Part shown: in pieces, positions 12,354 through 30,389 of the stretch
Position numbering within the stretch: the first letter of the stretch is position 1
How the letters are laid out: each line of letters starts with the position of its first letter
DNA from: Octopus vulgaris
Taxonomy: Eukaryota
Reading direction: 5' to 3'
NCBI GenBank assembly: GCA_951406725.2
Contig: OX597819.1
Span: 23,188,001 to 23,252,000 of the forward strand
DNA length: 64,000 bases
Notes under the pieces: generated by a model
The model's database searches: none
Seen by the model: only the letters and a program-made list of their open reading frames with translations
What the model was told of the DNA's origin: nothing
Program-made: the position numbers and the translations under genes

Positions 12354-13669
12354 TTTCGCCCAGACATGCCGGAACCATAATTCCAATGTGGGTCACCAAG
12401 ACTGCACTAGCTAAACTCATAACAATATGTTATTGCTCTAAAAGAGAAAGTGAAAGTATATCTCGACTTCTCGATTTGCAGATTCGTTATCAGTGGCCTA
12501 TAAACGTTTTCTTTCTCCTGTAAGTATGTATAGATCTCTATCTCTGAATGTATGTATATACTCGTATGTGTACGAATATACATAGATATACATGTTGCAA
12601 CTGTACTCTTCCTTGCCTGGTTAGTTATATTCACATGGTTCCGGGATCAAGCCCACTACGTGGCACCTTGGGCCAAATTAAATACAATCACCTGAAATCA
12701 TTATATATTGATTTTTTATTCTTTTCACTTGTTTCTATCCCAGGATTTATTCTTTGTGGGCGTAGTACTTATTCTATCGCTCTCTTTTGTCGAATCGCTA
12801 TGTTACGGAGACATAAACACACCAGCATCGTTTTGCAAGCAATGATAGTGGACAAACACATACACACAACCACACACACACACAGGACAAACGTAAAGCT
12901 GACCTCTGTGGAGTTTGAATGTAAGGACAGACGAAATCCCGCTAAGCACTTTTTACCGGCGTTGTAACGATTCTTTTCTATTCTACGCACAAGGCCCGAC
13001 ATTTTGGGGGAGGGGAACGTAGTGACAGACGAAGTACTGCAAAGCATTTCGTCCGGCGTGCTAATAATAATCCTAAAGAAGAAGAAGAAGAAGAAGAAGA
13101 AGAATTGTGGTGGTTGAAACAACAACAACAACAACAACGATGACGAGAATATATAAAGTAAACAAGATAAATTTATTTTACATCATTTGTTTTATACGCG
13201 CCAGGCTATTTACATCTGTAATGGATGTTCTTGGAGCAAATCGGATGCTGATCTACAATACTTCTTTAAGGGAACATTACGCTGATACCTGAAACTGTAA
13301 TTTTTATTGTTCACAGAGGAAATGTTACACATATACATACATATATATGCAAGATGATATATATAAACACAAACGCAAATACACGCACACAAACATGGAT
13401 GCGTGTGTTTTTTTCTGTTCCTATCGTTAATAGTTAACAATATTATCTCGTCGTGCCGTTTGTTTTCCCACTCTGCTATATCAATCCCGAACAACTATAT
13501 CTAAAGATTGTTGACGCCACTGAAGTGAAATGTACCGTCTTCTGGTGTCAAAACTAGGGAAATCCTGGAAGAGAGAGCTGATGATGGTGAAAGTTTTCGT
13601 TTGCCCAATCTTTTACTTTGTTCTTATCGCTTGTGCTAAATTTCATACATACATACAAATATACATACA

Positions 13670-13701
<32 letters not shown>

Positions 13702-13746
13702 CATACATATATACATAAATACATGCATACATACATACATACATGC

Positions 13747-13845
<99 letters not shown>

Positions 13846-14215
13846 TGTACATGTTGATACATAGAAAATATCAATTATATTTTTGTGGAATGGGCTCCTC
13901 ACTCATCAGATATTAGACTCCTTTTCTTTCTCTGGGTTATGTTTTGAGAGAAGGAGTATTCAATGAAAATCACAGATATCAATCATCAGAAGGAACGAAT
14001 CGTGAATAAAAGTGTTCAACTTAATGGAAATGGAAATAGGTGTTAAATCAACGGATTCATATGAATCTCTCAAAACTCACTGAACTTTGCATTATTTATG
14101 GTGGAAACCATGTTGAAAATGTTAGTTATTAGTGTAGTAGCATAAAATTACCGAAAATGGGAACTCTCGCTTAGGGGTCCAGACTTTCTTGCCACCTTGT
14201 GTGCATGTATGAGCG

Positions 14216-14251
<36 letters not shown>

Positions 14252-14348
14252 TACATACAAACATACATATACAGCCACATTTTTTTCTTGTGATTCTTCT
14301 ACGTTTTTCTTGGATTAATTATTTACATATACATATATATATACATAT

Positions 14349-14431
<83 letters not shown>

Positions 14432-14565
14432 AAGAACCACCATGATGTAGCAATTCAACAATTATATACTTAAATCATACCATATAGAAAAAAATTAAAG
14501 ATACGATAAAACATTTACCTAGAACTAAATAAAGTACAAAATAATAAATATATATTATATAATTA

Positions 14566-14636
<71 letters not shown>

Positions 14637-14680
14637 GATGAATGTATAATAATAAAAGCTAAATAGATAGTGAAAGTTCA

Positions 14681-14711
<31 letters not shown>

Positions 14712-14785
14712 CATACATACATACATACATACATACATACATACATACATACATGCATGCATACATATATAAATACATACATACA

Positions 14786-14817
<32 letters not shown>

Positions 14818-14867
14818 CATATACATACTTAGAATTTTTTTTTTAAACGGAGAAAAAACAAGAAAAA

Positions 14868-15220
14868 ATGTGGCTGCATGGTAAGTAGTTTCCTTACCAA
14901 CCACATGGTTCTGGGTTCAGTCCCACTGCGTGGTAACTTGGGCAAGTGTCTTCTACTATAGCCTCGGGCCGACCAAAGCCTTGTAAGTGGATTTGTTTGA
15001 CGGAAACTGAAAGAAGCCCGTCGTATATATATATATGTATATGTTTCTGTCTGTCCCTCCACCATCGCTTGACAACTGATGCCGGTGTGTCTACGCCCCC
15101 GTAACTTAGCGGTTCGGCAAAAAGACACAGATAGAATAAGTACTAGGCTTACAAACAATAAGTCCTGGGGTCGATTTGTTCCAGCATGGCCGCAGTCAAA
15201 TTGCTGAAACAAATAAAAGT
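14868..15220 (+). mobile_element. SINE family A
   Basis: Matches 5035-5450. Confidence 0.88.
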
Positions 15221-15246
15221 ATATATATACATATATACATACACAC

Positions 15247-15295
<49 letters not shown>

Positions 15296-15965
15296 ATTCA
15301 TGTCTGTCTATATATATATATATATATATATATACACAATTCATGTCTGTCTATATATATATATATATATATATAGACATACATGAATTGGTTCCGGCCT
15401 TAGTTATCATAGTTACCTAGATTGGTAGCCTCCAGCCAATATTTTGATATATTAGTGTTATTGTAGGAATATTAAATAAATAAGTATTTCTATTTTATCA
15501 TCTAGTCACAAGATTAATTAGCGCTAAAACATTAATTGCGAATAAATTGCCATGCTGTTGCGACATTTGTACCATGTATTGAACTAACACTATCTATTTA
15601 CCTTTTGTTATTATACATTTATATATAAGTGCCACATATTAGACGAGGTTCTTCGTAATAACTGTGTAGCACAAAACGGCGGTGCATCAGCATGGCCACA
15701 GCTCTGAGCTGAAACTAGAGAAATATATATATATATATATATATACATACACACACGTATGTATACTGTCGTGTGGACAAACGAAAGAAAGAGGCACATT
15801 ACACACTTAGATGTTACATATATCATTATTGTTTAAAACGCCGGAATGATCAGGAATGACCTGGGTCCCTGTGAGGTGTCTACGAAACTTAATTTCGCAT
15901 GGTTCCGCATGAAACGGTTTTAAATGGTAATAATAGCTAGACAGACAGACAGACAGATAGACAGA

Positions 15966-16182
15966 CGAAGTGGGCTTAAAAGCTCCTGGCTCTGAGTAAA
16001 AAGAAAATGCAGGAGAATCCGTTAATTATTACTTTATTGAACATATTCCCCTTTCAAATACACAGAATTATTGCAGCGGTGCTTCACTTTTTCTAAACCC
16101 TGTAAACAAACTCGGAAGTTTGGTCCTCCACCAGGCCTTTCGTGACATCCTTAAAAGCCAGGAACTTTTCACCTCCCACTCA
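15966..16182. mobile_element. mariner-type MITE
   Basis: Imperfect TIRs cgaagtgggcttaaaagctcctggct and reverse complement tgagtgggaggtgaaaagttcctggct; TA at the right flank. Confidence 0.7.
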
Positions 16183-16184
16183 TA

Positions 16185-16227
<43 letters not shown>

Positions 16228-16282
16228 TTGAAGATGCTTTTCTAATTGGCCAAGTATGTATTTACCTTCCTGCTTGCAGACA

Positions 16283-16903
16283 TATATTTCTTTACTACCC
16301 ACAAGGGGCTAAACACAGAGTGGACAAACAAGGACAGACAAAGGGATTAAGTCGATTATATCGACCCCAGTGCGTAACTGGTACTTAATTTATCGACCCC
16401 GAAAGGATGAAAGGCAAAGACGACCTCGGCAGAATTTGAACTCGGAACGTAGACTTATAGACTTCTACCATAACGCTCATTAAGATAATATATTTCTTTA
16501 CTGCCCAGAAGGGGCTAAACATAGAGGGGTCAAACAAGGACAGACAAAGGGATTAAGTCGATTATATCGACCCCGGTGCGTAACTGGTACTTAATTTATC
16601 GACCCCGAAAGGATGAAAGGCAAAAGACGACCTCGGCGGAATTTGAACTCGGAACGTAGACTTATAGATTTCTACCATAACGCTCATTAAGCTAATATAT
16701 TTCTTTACTGCCCAGAAGGGGCTAAACATAGAGGGGTCAAATAAGGACAGACGAAGGAATTGAGTCGATTATATCGACCCCAGTGCGTAACTGGTACTTA
16801 ATTTATCGACCCCGAAAGGATGAAAGGCAAAAGACGACCTCGGCGGAATTTGAACTCGGAACGTAGACTTATAGACTTCTACCATAACGCTCATTAAGCT
16901 AAT
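16283..16903 (-). repeat. Tandem triplication (~206 bp) of a 5'-truncated SINE B plus flank
   Basis: Three units, each ending in gtagacttatagacttctaccataacgctcattaag. Confidence 0.92.
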
Positions 16904-17348
16904 AGTTTAGAGTAACCATGGACACGCGCATGTTGATGAATTGTAAATAATGTAAAGAAAAGCTAAACGGTCTTCAACCGGAGGGAAATAGAAGATATTT
17001 GAATTGAACTAAATCATATACTCTCGTGAATCGGACAAACGTAAAACATGAGGTTTAAATATTATATTGAAATGTCAGTGAATTCAAATCTATTCTCTTT
17101 GCACGTAGACAATCAATGAGAAAGTACGCCAACAACTTTACATTTAACATATGCTTGGAACCATAAATTATATAAATTTCTCAAAATTTGACAAGAACAT
17201 ATTGTGTTTTGCTGAATTTCTTGCGTGTAGACAATCTAGCGCAAGTGTGACATTGTGATATAGAAGCTAGCTTACCAACAACATGCCTGAAGCCTTCGGC
17301 AAGGCAACTAAAACTTTGAGCCTACACAAAACATTGTGAGTGCTTTTT

Positions 17349-18700
17349 GTAGACGGAAACTGAAAGAAGCCCATCGTGTATTTGTATATGTGGGTCCACG
17401 TGCATGCTTGTGCGTGTGTGTATTTTTATGTCTGTGTTTGTAGACGGAAACTGAAAGAAGCCCATCGTGTATGTGTATATGCGGGTCCATGTGTATGCTT
17501 GTGCGTGTGTGTATTTTTGTGTCTGTGTTTGTCCGGAAACTGAAAGAAGCCCATCGTGTATGTGTATATGTGGGTCCACGTGTATGCTTGTGCGTGTGTG
17601 TATTTTTGTGTCTGTGTTTGTCCGGAAATTGAAAGAAGCCCATCGTGTATGTGTATATGTGGGTCCACGTGTATGCTTGTGCGTGTGTGTATTTTTGTGT
17701 CTGTGTTTGTCCGGAAACTGAAAGAAGCCCATCGCGTATGTGTATATGTGGGTCCACGTGTATGCTTGTGCGTGTGTGTATTTTTGTGTCTGTGTTTGTC
17801 CGGAAACTGAAAGAAGCCCATCGTGTATGTGTATATGTGGGTCCATGTGTATGCTTGTGCGTGTGTGTATTTTTGTGTCTGTGTTTGTAGACGGAAACTG
17901 AAAGAAGCCCATCGTGTATGTGTATATGTGGGTCCACGTGTATGCTTGTGCGTGTGTGTATTTTTGTGTCTGTGTTTGTAGACGGAAACTGAAAGAAGCC
18001 CATCGTGTATGTGTATATGTGGGTCCACGTGTATGCTTGTGCGTGTGTGTATTTTTGTGTCTGTGTTTGTAGACGGAAACTGAAAGAAGCCCATCGTGTA
18101 TGTGTATATGTGGGTCCACGTGTATGCTTATGCGTGTGTGTATTTTTGTGTCTGTGTTTGTAGACGGAAACTGAAAGAAGCCCATCGTGTATGTGTATAT
18201 GTGGGTCCATGTGTATGCTTGTGCGTGTGTGTATTTTTGTGTCTGTGTTTGTCCGGAAACTGAAAGAAGCCCATCGCGTATGTGTATATGTGGGTCCATG
18301 TGTATGCTTGTGCGTGTGTGTATTTTTGTGTCTGTGTTTGTCCGGAAACTGAAAGAAGCCCATCGTGTATGTGTATATGCGGGTCCACGTGTATGCTTGT
18401 GCGTGTGTGTATGTTTGTGTCTGTGTTTGTCCGGAAACTGAAAGAAGCCCATCGTGTATGTGTATATGTGGGTCCACGTGTATGCTTGTGCGTGTGTGTA
18501 TTTTTGTGTCTGTGTTTGTCCGGAAACTGAAAGAAGCCCATCGTGTATGTGTATATGTGGGTCCACGTGCATGCTTGTGCGTGTGTGTATTTTTGTGTCT
18601 GTGTTTGTCCGGAAACTGAAAGAAGCCCATCGTGTATGTGTATATGTGGGTCCACGTGTATGCTTGTGCGTGTGTGTATTTTTGTGTCTGTGTTTTTATC
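17349..18700. repeat. Minisatellite, about 15 units of 89 or 91 bp, derived from the middle of SINE A
   Basis: Unit cggaaactgaaagaagcccatcgtgtatgtgtatatgtgggtccacgtg...gtctgtgtttgt(c/aga). SINE A 3' half resumes at about 18700-18845. Confidence 0.95.
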
Positions 18701-19039
18701 CCCCACCACCGCTTTATAACCGGTGTTGGTATGTTTTATGTCCCCGTAAACTAGCGGTTCCGCAAAAGCGATTGGTAGAGTAAGCAACAGGCGTAAAAAA
18801 AAGTGGTCCCGTATGATTGGGGCCTAATAACCGAAACGAGTAAAAGAAATAATACAAAATTCTATGTTTCACCTTTCATAATCAACCGAACGAGACAGGC
18901 ACGGAATTTTGTCTGTGAACAGATCATGGTCTCAAAGCGACGAAAATATTTTCGCAAATTAAGTGAATCTAACGGTTTTTGTATGTTTTAAATGGCTTAT
19001 AAACACCTTCCATGCTGCAATTGTTGATATATATATATA

Positions 19040-19281
19040 TGAGATAATAAGGCCAAGGCAGTGTGATATTTCTAGGACATTTATAAAGTGAAAGGTTGTC
19101 TTACAGCTGTTTCAGTGATATAAAAGATATCCCATCATCGGAGACGATATGAGAGAGTTTCAATATAAGGAAATAGTAGAGTTCATTAAATACGAGGTTA
19201 TTTTGGAAAGGAAGAGATACAGGAAGTATAAAGGGAAATATGAGAACAAAGATATTATACTTTCTTGGCCTTGTTATCTCA
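19040..19281. mobile_element. ~240-bp mini-element with 18-bp TIRs and a hammerhead motif (19096-19147, -)
   Basis: TIR tgagataataaggccaag / cttggccttgttatctca. Minus strand: gtct CCGATGA tgggatatcttttatatcact GAAAC agct GTA agac. Left end abuts (TA)n. Confidence 0.72.
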
Positions 19282-19447
19282 CTTTATTTAACATATACAT
19301 GCTCACGCACGACTCGCATTAGATTCCTCTCTCATATTATTACTGAACCGGGAGCCTTACAGCAGTCCTTCCTGTGCACATACATAGCCTTACCTGCCTT
19401 TTACAGCTTCTGGATGGCAAAACCTTTGATGTATGTTTGTGTAAATA

Positions 19448-19482
<35 letters not shown>

Positions 19483-19527
19483 ACATGTACCTCCTTGCGA
19501 TAATGTAAACTTTCATTTAATCAAGAC

Positions 19528-19622
19528 ATCCTTGGCCTGAAGAGCAGTCGTCGGGATACACATCGTTTGGATACTTACCAATTCCGAGGTTCCGATCGCT
19601 ATGAAACATATGTTACCCGGAT
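19528..19622 (+). ncRNA. Degenerate hammerhead motif with a long stem II, upstream of (TA)n
   Basis: ggc CTGAAGA gcagtcgtcggga...tccgatcgctat GAAAC atat GTT acc; palindromic acatatgt. Confidence 0.5.
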
Positions 19623-19659
19623 CTTATGAACTCTATACCTTAACTCTTGTATGTGTGTA

Positions 19660-19783
<124 letters not shown>

Positions 19784-20199
19784 TTAAATTAGAGATAAAA
19801 CCACTCTTAGGCAAATCAAATAATGAAAATCATAAACCAATAAATAGAATTAAAATTAATTAATATAATATACAAAATATATAAAATATAAAATTCAAAA
19901 TTTAAATTTAAAGTTAAAGTTTAAAAAATTTTTAAATTTTAAATATATATATATAAACACACGCTTTTAAATAAAGAATATAATATTTATGCGAAACAGA
20001 TTGTATTAGATAAGCAGTGAGAAAGTTAATGTAAAGAACAATATTTTAAGTCTTTCATTGAGGAACTTTAAACATTGCATGTGTGTGAGTTGATGTGTTT
20101 GTATTTGAACTTACAGGCGAGAAGTAAAAGTAATCTATACATGAGTAAGACTATTTGGGGAGCCCAAATGCAGAGAAGAAAACCTCAGCGCTTCATACC

Positions 20200-20750
20200 C
20201 TTAATCACAAACAGCGCAAGTTACAGCATCCAAAATTTATTCTATCTGTCGGCTCTCATTATCAAGGAAAAGTTCTTTTAACAAAAGCACATACTCAACA
20301 TAATTTGGACCGCATCCAAACGTCTGGCGTCTCTCTCCAAAATCAAGCAATATTTCATCCTTTAACTATTATTGATATTCCATAAAACTTGGACAAAACC
20401 TACAACAGAATCTTGCGCTGAAATCTAGGACGAAACAACTGCTACAAACATTGTCATACTAGACTACATCCAGAAATGAGTCATCCAGCTGTCTGCTACA
20501 AAACCACTCAGGCACACTCCGACAAATATATCACAGTCTTATCTCTCTGCCTTTTCTCTCGCTACTACAATGGTTTCTGCTGCAAGGATCTGGATGGGGT
20601 CATGACACTCTCATTTGAGCATACCCATCTCACATCTCTATCTTATTCTCAACACCCTTGTTAAGCCCAGCTCATCCCGCAAGTGGAGCACACGTCATTA
20701 TGTCAAGTTCTTCCTTTGCTAAAGGTCGGCCTGCTGGAATTTCGTCCATG
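20200..20750 (+). mobile_element. Heavily decayed Jockey/CR1-group LINE ORF2 C-terminal fragment
   Basis: Frame-broken peptides ASKRLASL, LDYIQK, LSLCLFSRYYNGFCCKDL, STRHYVKFF resemble the post-RT region of these LINEs. Confidence 0.55.
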
Positions 20751-21343
20751 CTCATATTATTCTGGCAGGTTTGCACTTTTAAAATTTTAAGAGAAGCGTT
20801 AATGTATCAGTCTCGGCTGTCTAGAAGGTATTGCAAGCGATATGGATCCAGACCCACCCACCAATTCAATACGTAAGGAATGATATGCGTTCTTAATTTC
20901 AAGCTGAGATTTAATTTGGTCGTTAATGCGGATTTCGTACAAACACTTCTCAATTATTATTATTAATATTATTATTATTATAATTATTATTATGAGCAGA
21001 AGACAGGCATGGTTGTCAATGCTTTATAGAACATACACGCGTTTCAACAAACGACCGTAGTAATTACATAATAGTTATAGATACTTTGATGAGGTAAAGT
21101 TTTCCGCTCATTGCTATTATTATTTCGATTATTTGGTTCGTAATTTGCACACTAGCCTATGCCGTGGTTGATGGCCCGCATTGTATTACACTGGATACAG
21201 TAGTGGAATGTGGAATCCACTGCTGAGCTCGACCTTTGGTTATGTGTCGGACTACACAGTGCTTTTTTCATAGATACATAGGCAGATAGGTGGATAGATA
21301 GATAGATAGATAGATAGATATACACACTCATACATACATACAT

Positions 21344-21374
<31 letters not shown>

Positions 21375-21665
21375 TACATAAAAGGAGTATGGACACTGTA
21401 TTATAAAGGTTTAGGCTTCAAGGACCCACAATATTTCAACATTTTGCCAAATAACCTTAGGTATCTGTAAGATTAGATGTGGATGCTTCAAAAGAAATTT
21501 TTATCTGAGATACCAGATGAATCCACATCCCGGTAAGAAACAAGTCGCTACTTCACCAGTAACATTTCCAGAAAGATAGCTGGGAAGTCATTAAAAGTAT
21601 TCATTTACATATGTACATATGCATATATATTATACCTATGTATACATATATGTAATATGTGTATG

Positions 21666-21720
<55 letters not shown>

Positions 21721-21795
21721 ACACACACATATAGTGGATAGTTGGCGATTTCTTTTCCTCCATCCTCCTTTTCTCTTGGACTTTTCTCTGTCTCC

Positions 21796-21832
21796 TGTTT
21801 CTGTAGAAGAGCTTTGCTCGAAACGTAAAACA
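21796..21832 (+). ncRNA. Variant hammerhead motif (CUGUAGAA core); its element runs to (TA)n at about 21945
   Basis: tgttt CTGTAGAA gagc ttt gctc GAAAC GTA aaaca. Homologs at 50633-50668 and 55240-55277. Confidence 0.62.
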
Positions 21833-21943
21833 CCTTTCTTTCCTTCCCTGAGCGTTTTATAATTATTAATACTCTGCATACACCGGGTCCTCACGTTGTC
21901 TATTTTCTTGTTTTTATCTCCGTTTCTTTTGTGGTGGTGATTA

Positions 21944-21983
<40 letters not shown>

Positions 21984-21985
21984 GT

Positions 21986-22033
<48 letters not shown>

Positions 22034-22354
22034 ATGTGTGTGTGTGTGTGTGTGTACGTATGTATGTATTCATACTTGTGTGTATGTACGTATGCGCTTA
22101 CATAGGCAACATTCCGAGCATCTGACTATGTGAACATGTTCTACGCCCACGAAATTTTAAATAAAGTGGAATTGAATCAAACTATAATTAAATGCATATA
22201 ACTGCAACAAAAATGAAGAATGCTACTTTTCTTTCGCTTGTTCTCTGATATGTGTGTGTGTGCGTGTGTGTAAATATATATATATATACATATATATGTA
22301 TGTATGTATGTATACACACACATGTTTATAAATATATATATATATATATATATA

Positions 22355-22765
22355 TACTCTTTTACTCCTTTACTTGTTTCAGTTATTTGAACGTGGCCAT
22401 GCTGGAGCATCGCCTTTAGTCGAGCAAATCGACGCAAGGACTTATTCTTTGTAAGTCTAGTACTTATTCTATCCGTCTCTTTTGCCGAACCGCTAAGTTA
22501 CGGAGACATAAACACACCAGCATCGATTGTCAAGCGATGCTGGGGGTGGACAAACACAGACACATAAACATATACACACACATAGTTATACATATATACG
22601 ACGGGCCTTCTTTCAATTTCCGTCTACCAAATCCACTCACAAGGCTTTGGTCAGCCCGAGGCTATAGTAGAAGACACTTGCCCAAGGTGTCATGCGGTGG
22701 GTCTGAACACGGAACCATGTGGTTCGTAAGCAAGCTAGTTACCACACAGAGACTCCTACGCTTAT
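22355..22765 (-). mobile_element. SINE family A, full length
   Basis: Reverse complement of the 5035-5450 type. Confidence 0.9.
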
Positions 22766-23009
22766 ATATGTATAAGCGAATGAGAGATGACAAAAATATG
22801 ATTATCTTTTGAACTTCATAAAATAATCATTTACTCTTTATAATTTCGTTTAATTTCGTTGATCGTTTAATCCTTTGTCATCTGTCTTTCTTTTTACCGC
22901 TCTACATTCACTAAACGCCGGGTTACTGGTCTCGCGATGCCTAAGCGAAATATACGAGGTGGGGATTACATGTATTAAGTTTTACACTTGTTTAAGTGTA
23001 ACTATCTAT

Positions 23010-23202
23010 CTACTTTTTTTTTTTTCCTCTCCCGCTTTTTTTTAACCCCCCTTTTTTTTGTCCTCTTTCTCTCCTTTTACGATCCCTTTTGATCGAAACT
23101 CCCCTTTCTTTCTTTTTTTTTTTTTTAAACCTTCAAAAGAAAAGCTCTACCTTGTAATTTGTTCTATCTGTGTGCAGCCCTGTGTGGCTAATAAAGAAAC
23201 AT
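23010..23202 (+). mobile_element. Probable LINE 3' UTR/terminus whose tail matches SINE B
   Basis: Pyrimidine-rich stretch ending ccttgtaatttgttctatctgtgtgcagccctgtgtggctaataaagaaac; no SINE head upstream. Confidence 0.5.
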
Positions 23203-23310
23203 ATCTATCTGCCTGTCTACTTATCTATCTCTCTAGCTAGCTATCCAACTATATATCCATTTACCTATCTATCTATCTACCTATCTATCTATCTATATTT
23301 ATCTATCTAC

Positions 23311-23346
<36 letters not shown>

Positions 23347-23359
23347 ATATCTATCTATA

Positions 23360-23409
<50 letters not shown>

Positions 23410-23938
23410 CCTATCATACTGGGTTGCTGCCTTGAAAATACTTATTCGAGCTAATCGTCTGCAGTAATTACCTTTATTCTTACCTTTCTCTCTCTCTGTT
23501 TCTTCTTTTCTCTCTCTCTCTCTCTTTTCTCTCTCTCGCTAGCTAACGAGGACGTAAACAAACCAACACCTGTTGTCAGTGAGGGAGGTATCGAACACAC
23601 ACAGAGGCACACTCAAACACACACACACGCGCATATATATACATACACAACACACACACACACACACACATAAATATATATATATTAGCTTTAACTTGTT
23701 TCAGCCATAACACTGCGCCCATGCTGGGGTACCGCCTTGAACAAATTTTATTGGAATAAATAGACCACTGTACACTTTCTTTCCTTCTCAGTCGCTTTTT
23801 GGCCAACATCTATGTTTCTGGGATATAAACACACCAACACCGGTTGCCAAGTGGGAGTGAAGCCGGAGCGATGTGGTTGAGAAACAAACTTTTTTTAAAC
23901 TACAGCCAAACATTTACGCATATACATATATATAAATA

Positions 23939-24000
<62 letters not shown>

Positions 24001-24555
24001 CACACACATTCATACATACATACATACATACATTGGTAGATAGATAGATAGACAGATTAATCTATGCATTAATATAGTATTGAGTCCTTTCTTACATGCG
24101 AAAATGCTTTTCTTCTATCCCACGTAATTAATAAACACAGAAATAGCAAAAAGAATCTAACAAAAGTTTGTTTTTTTTAAATACCAGAGAAAAGTGATTA
24201 ACACCGTTTGTCACAATTCTCTTCGTATCATTCACGCATTTACACTCTTTCGCCCCCTCAGCCTCCCACTTTCTCCTTCCTCGACTATCTCTTACGCTCT
24301 CTCTCTCACTCTCACTCTCTCTCTCTCTCTCTTTCTCTCTATCCCATTTTCTCTCTCTCTCTCTCTCCTCTTCCACACTACCTAAATTTTGTCCAAATTG
24401 TGGTCTCGTGTTTCGAAAGCCTTTAAGCGTCAAAGAAAACAGTTTATTACATAGGGTTGTGCGTGTGTGTATTTGTGAGTGCGTGCGTGTACATGTGTGA
24501 ATGTATGATCGTGTGTACGTGTGTGTGTGTGTCTGTGTGTGTGTGAGGCATAAGT

Positions 24556-24601
<46 letters not shown>

Positions 24602-24707
24602 AAACTCCAAACGTGTGGGAGAAGCTAATGTGTTTATGGTTTAGTTTGAGAGACTTATTCATGCTATTACTCAAACTTTCCCGTAGATTGTGTGTGCGTG
24701 CGTGTGT

Positions 24708-24745
<38 letters not shown>

Positions 24746-24866
24746 AAATGCGAGCGTGTTCGAGAAGGTGCGTATATTTATCTATGGTGTCCTTGTCGTT
24801 CCCTCTTTCTCTCTTTCTATCTCGTATTCTTTCTTTTTCTTTCTTCGCTCTCTCTCTTTTCCTCTT

Positions 24867-28609
<3,743 letters not shown>

Positions 28610-29372
28610 AATCTGAGCCACGTGTATTTTGAACAGAACGACGGAGAGTATATGTGTAATAACAATATAATAATGAATGGGGATATAAAACAAAAAAAAA
28701 TATATATATATATATGATTTGTGTCCACCAACCTGCTGGGATCCTTAGTTGTGATTCTAAACTGTGTGTGAAGTCTACGAGATCTTTCCACTGCAACACA
28801 CGCCACCGGTAGCATTCAATTTAATTCCAAATTCTTGCTCTGCTTTCAACCGATGGGAGCATGTTACAAAGTCCTCTTCAAGCATTAGCTTATGCATACA
28901 TACATGTGGTAGCATACATTAGTATCCTACCTCTTCCCCTTCGCTGCACTGCCTCCCCCAATTGTTGTGGCTGCGTATACATACACATAATAACACACAC
29001 ATATATATACACACATATATACACACACACGTTTTTACACGAACACGCACGCCCTAGCACACACGCAAAGTGTATGCTGCGCATATATACGTGCGTGTAT
29101 GTATATATGCATATATATATATATATATAGATAGATATATTTATGCGTGCATATTACGATGCATATACATATATGTGTGTATGTGTGTGTGTACACATGA
29201 GCGCGTGCGCACACACATACTCACGCGCGAGCGCACGTATTCGCACGCACAAACACGCACACATGAAAACACGCAATACTCATAAACACAAACGCACACA
29301 CGCATACACACACGCACACACATACACACACACACTCAGCTATACAGATTATTAATTACTTATATATAAGGC

Positions 29373-29414
<42 letters not shown>

Positions 29415-29795
29415 ACGGGAATAAAAGGAGAAGACGAAGAGGAAAGGAAGGAGAGAGAAAAGGAGAATGAGAGAGGAAAACAGAAAGAGAGAAGAAGAAG
29501 AAGAAGAAGAAACGAGAGAAGCGGTAAGAGTCGAAGGAAGAGTGGTGGTATGAGAAATAAAGTGACAGTGTGAGAGAGGAAGAAAAGTAAAGGTGTCAGA
29601 GAGGGAGTGGGTAAAGAAGTGGAAGGTAGAGGGAGTAACTAACTTAATGAATGACAGAGAGAAGGAGAGAGTGAGAGATAGAGCGAGCATATATTTAGAG
29701 GTTCGTATGCGGAGTTTACAAATATCTGAATTAATATACCAGTAGCTTCTCTTAAATTTCTCAATCACCGTTCTGTATAGTATGACGGACTACTA

Positions 29796-29797
<2 letters not shown>

Positions 29798-29870
<73 letters not shown>

Positions 29871-29941
29871 GTATGTATGTATATTTAGACATATATAGAT
29901 ATATTTATATGTGTGTATATATGTACATGTATATAGATATA

Positions 29942-29986
<45 letters not shown>

Positions 29987-30150
29987 ATATGTACACATAT
30001 ATAAATATAAATATATATATATATGTATATATATATGTGTATATATATATATATATGTGTGTGTATATATATACATATATATATGTATGTATGTATATAT
30101 ATTTATACATATATATTTGTATGTATATATGTACATATGTATAAATATAA

Positions 30151-30185
<35 letters not shown>

Positions 30186-30237
30186 TATAAATATAAATAT
30201 ATATATATGTATATATATATATATGTGTGTATATATT

Positions 30238-30282
<45 letters not shown>

Positions 30283-30322
30283 TTGTGTATAGATATATAT
30301 AAATATAAATATATATATATAT

Positions 30323-30386
<64 letters not shown>
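29798..30386. repeat. ~590-bp degenerate (TA)n tract
   Basis: Directly visible. Similar tracts at 48866-49281 and 59440-59910. Confidence 0.95.
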
Positions 30387-30388
<2 letters not shown>

Positions 30389-30389
30389 T

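Noticed and set aside
13870-13915. Minus-strand CTGATGA-gtg...cac hammerhead
   Set aside because: No GAAA (reads AAAAA) and no convincing stems I or III.
16283-18700. CRISPR-like array
   Set aside because: No unique spacers, units are SINE-derived, no cas genes, eukaryotic context.
17308-18787. Long ORFs of 440, 416, 222 and 219 aa
   Set aside because: Translations of the 89/91-bp SINE-derived minisatellite; the same peptides appear in all three frames.
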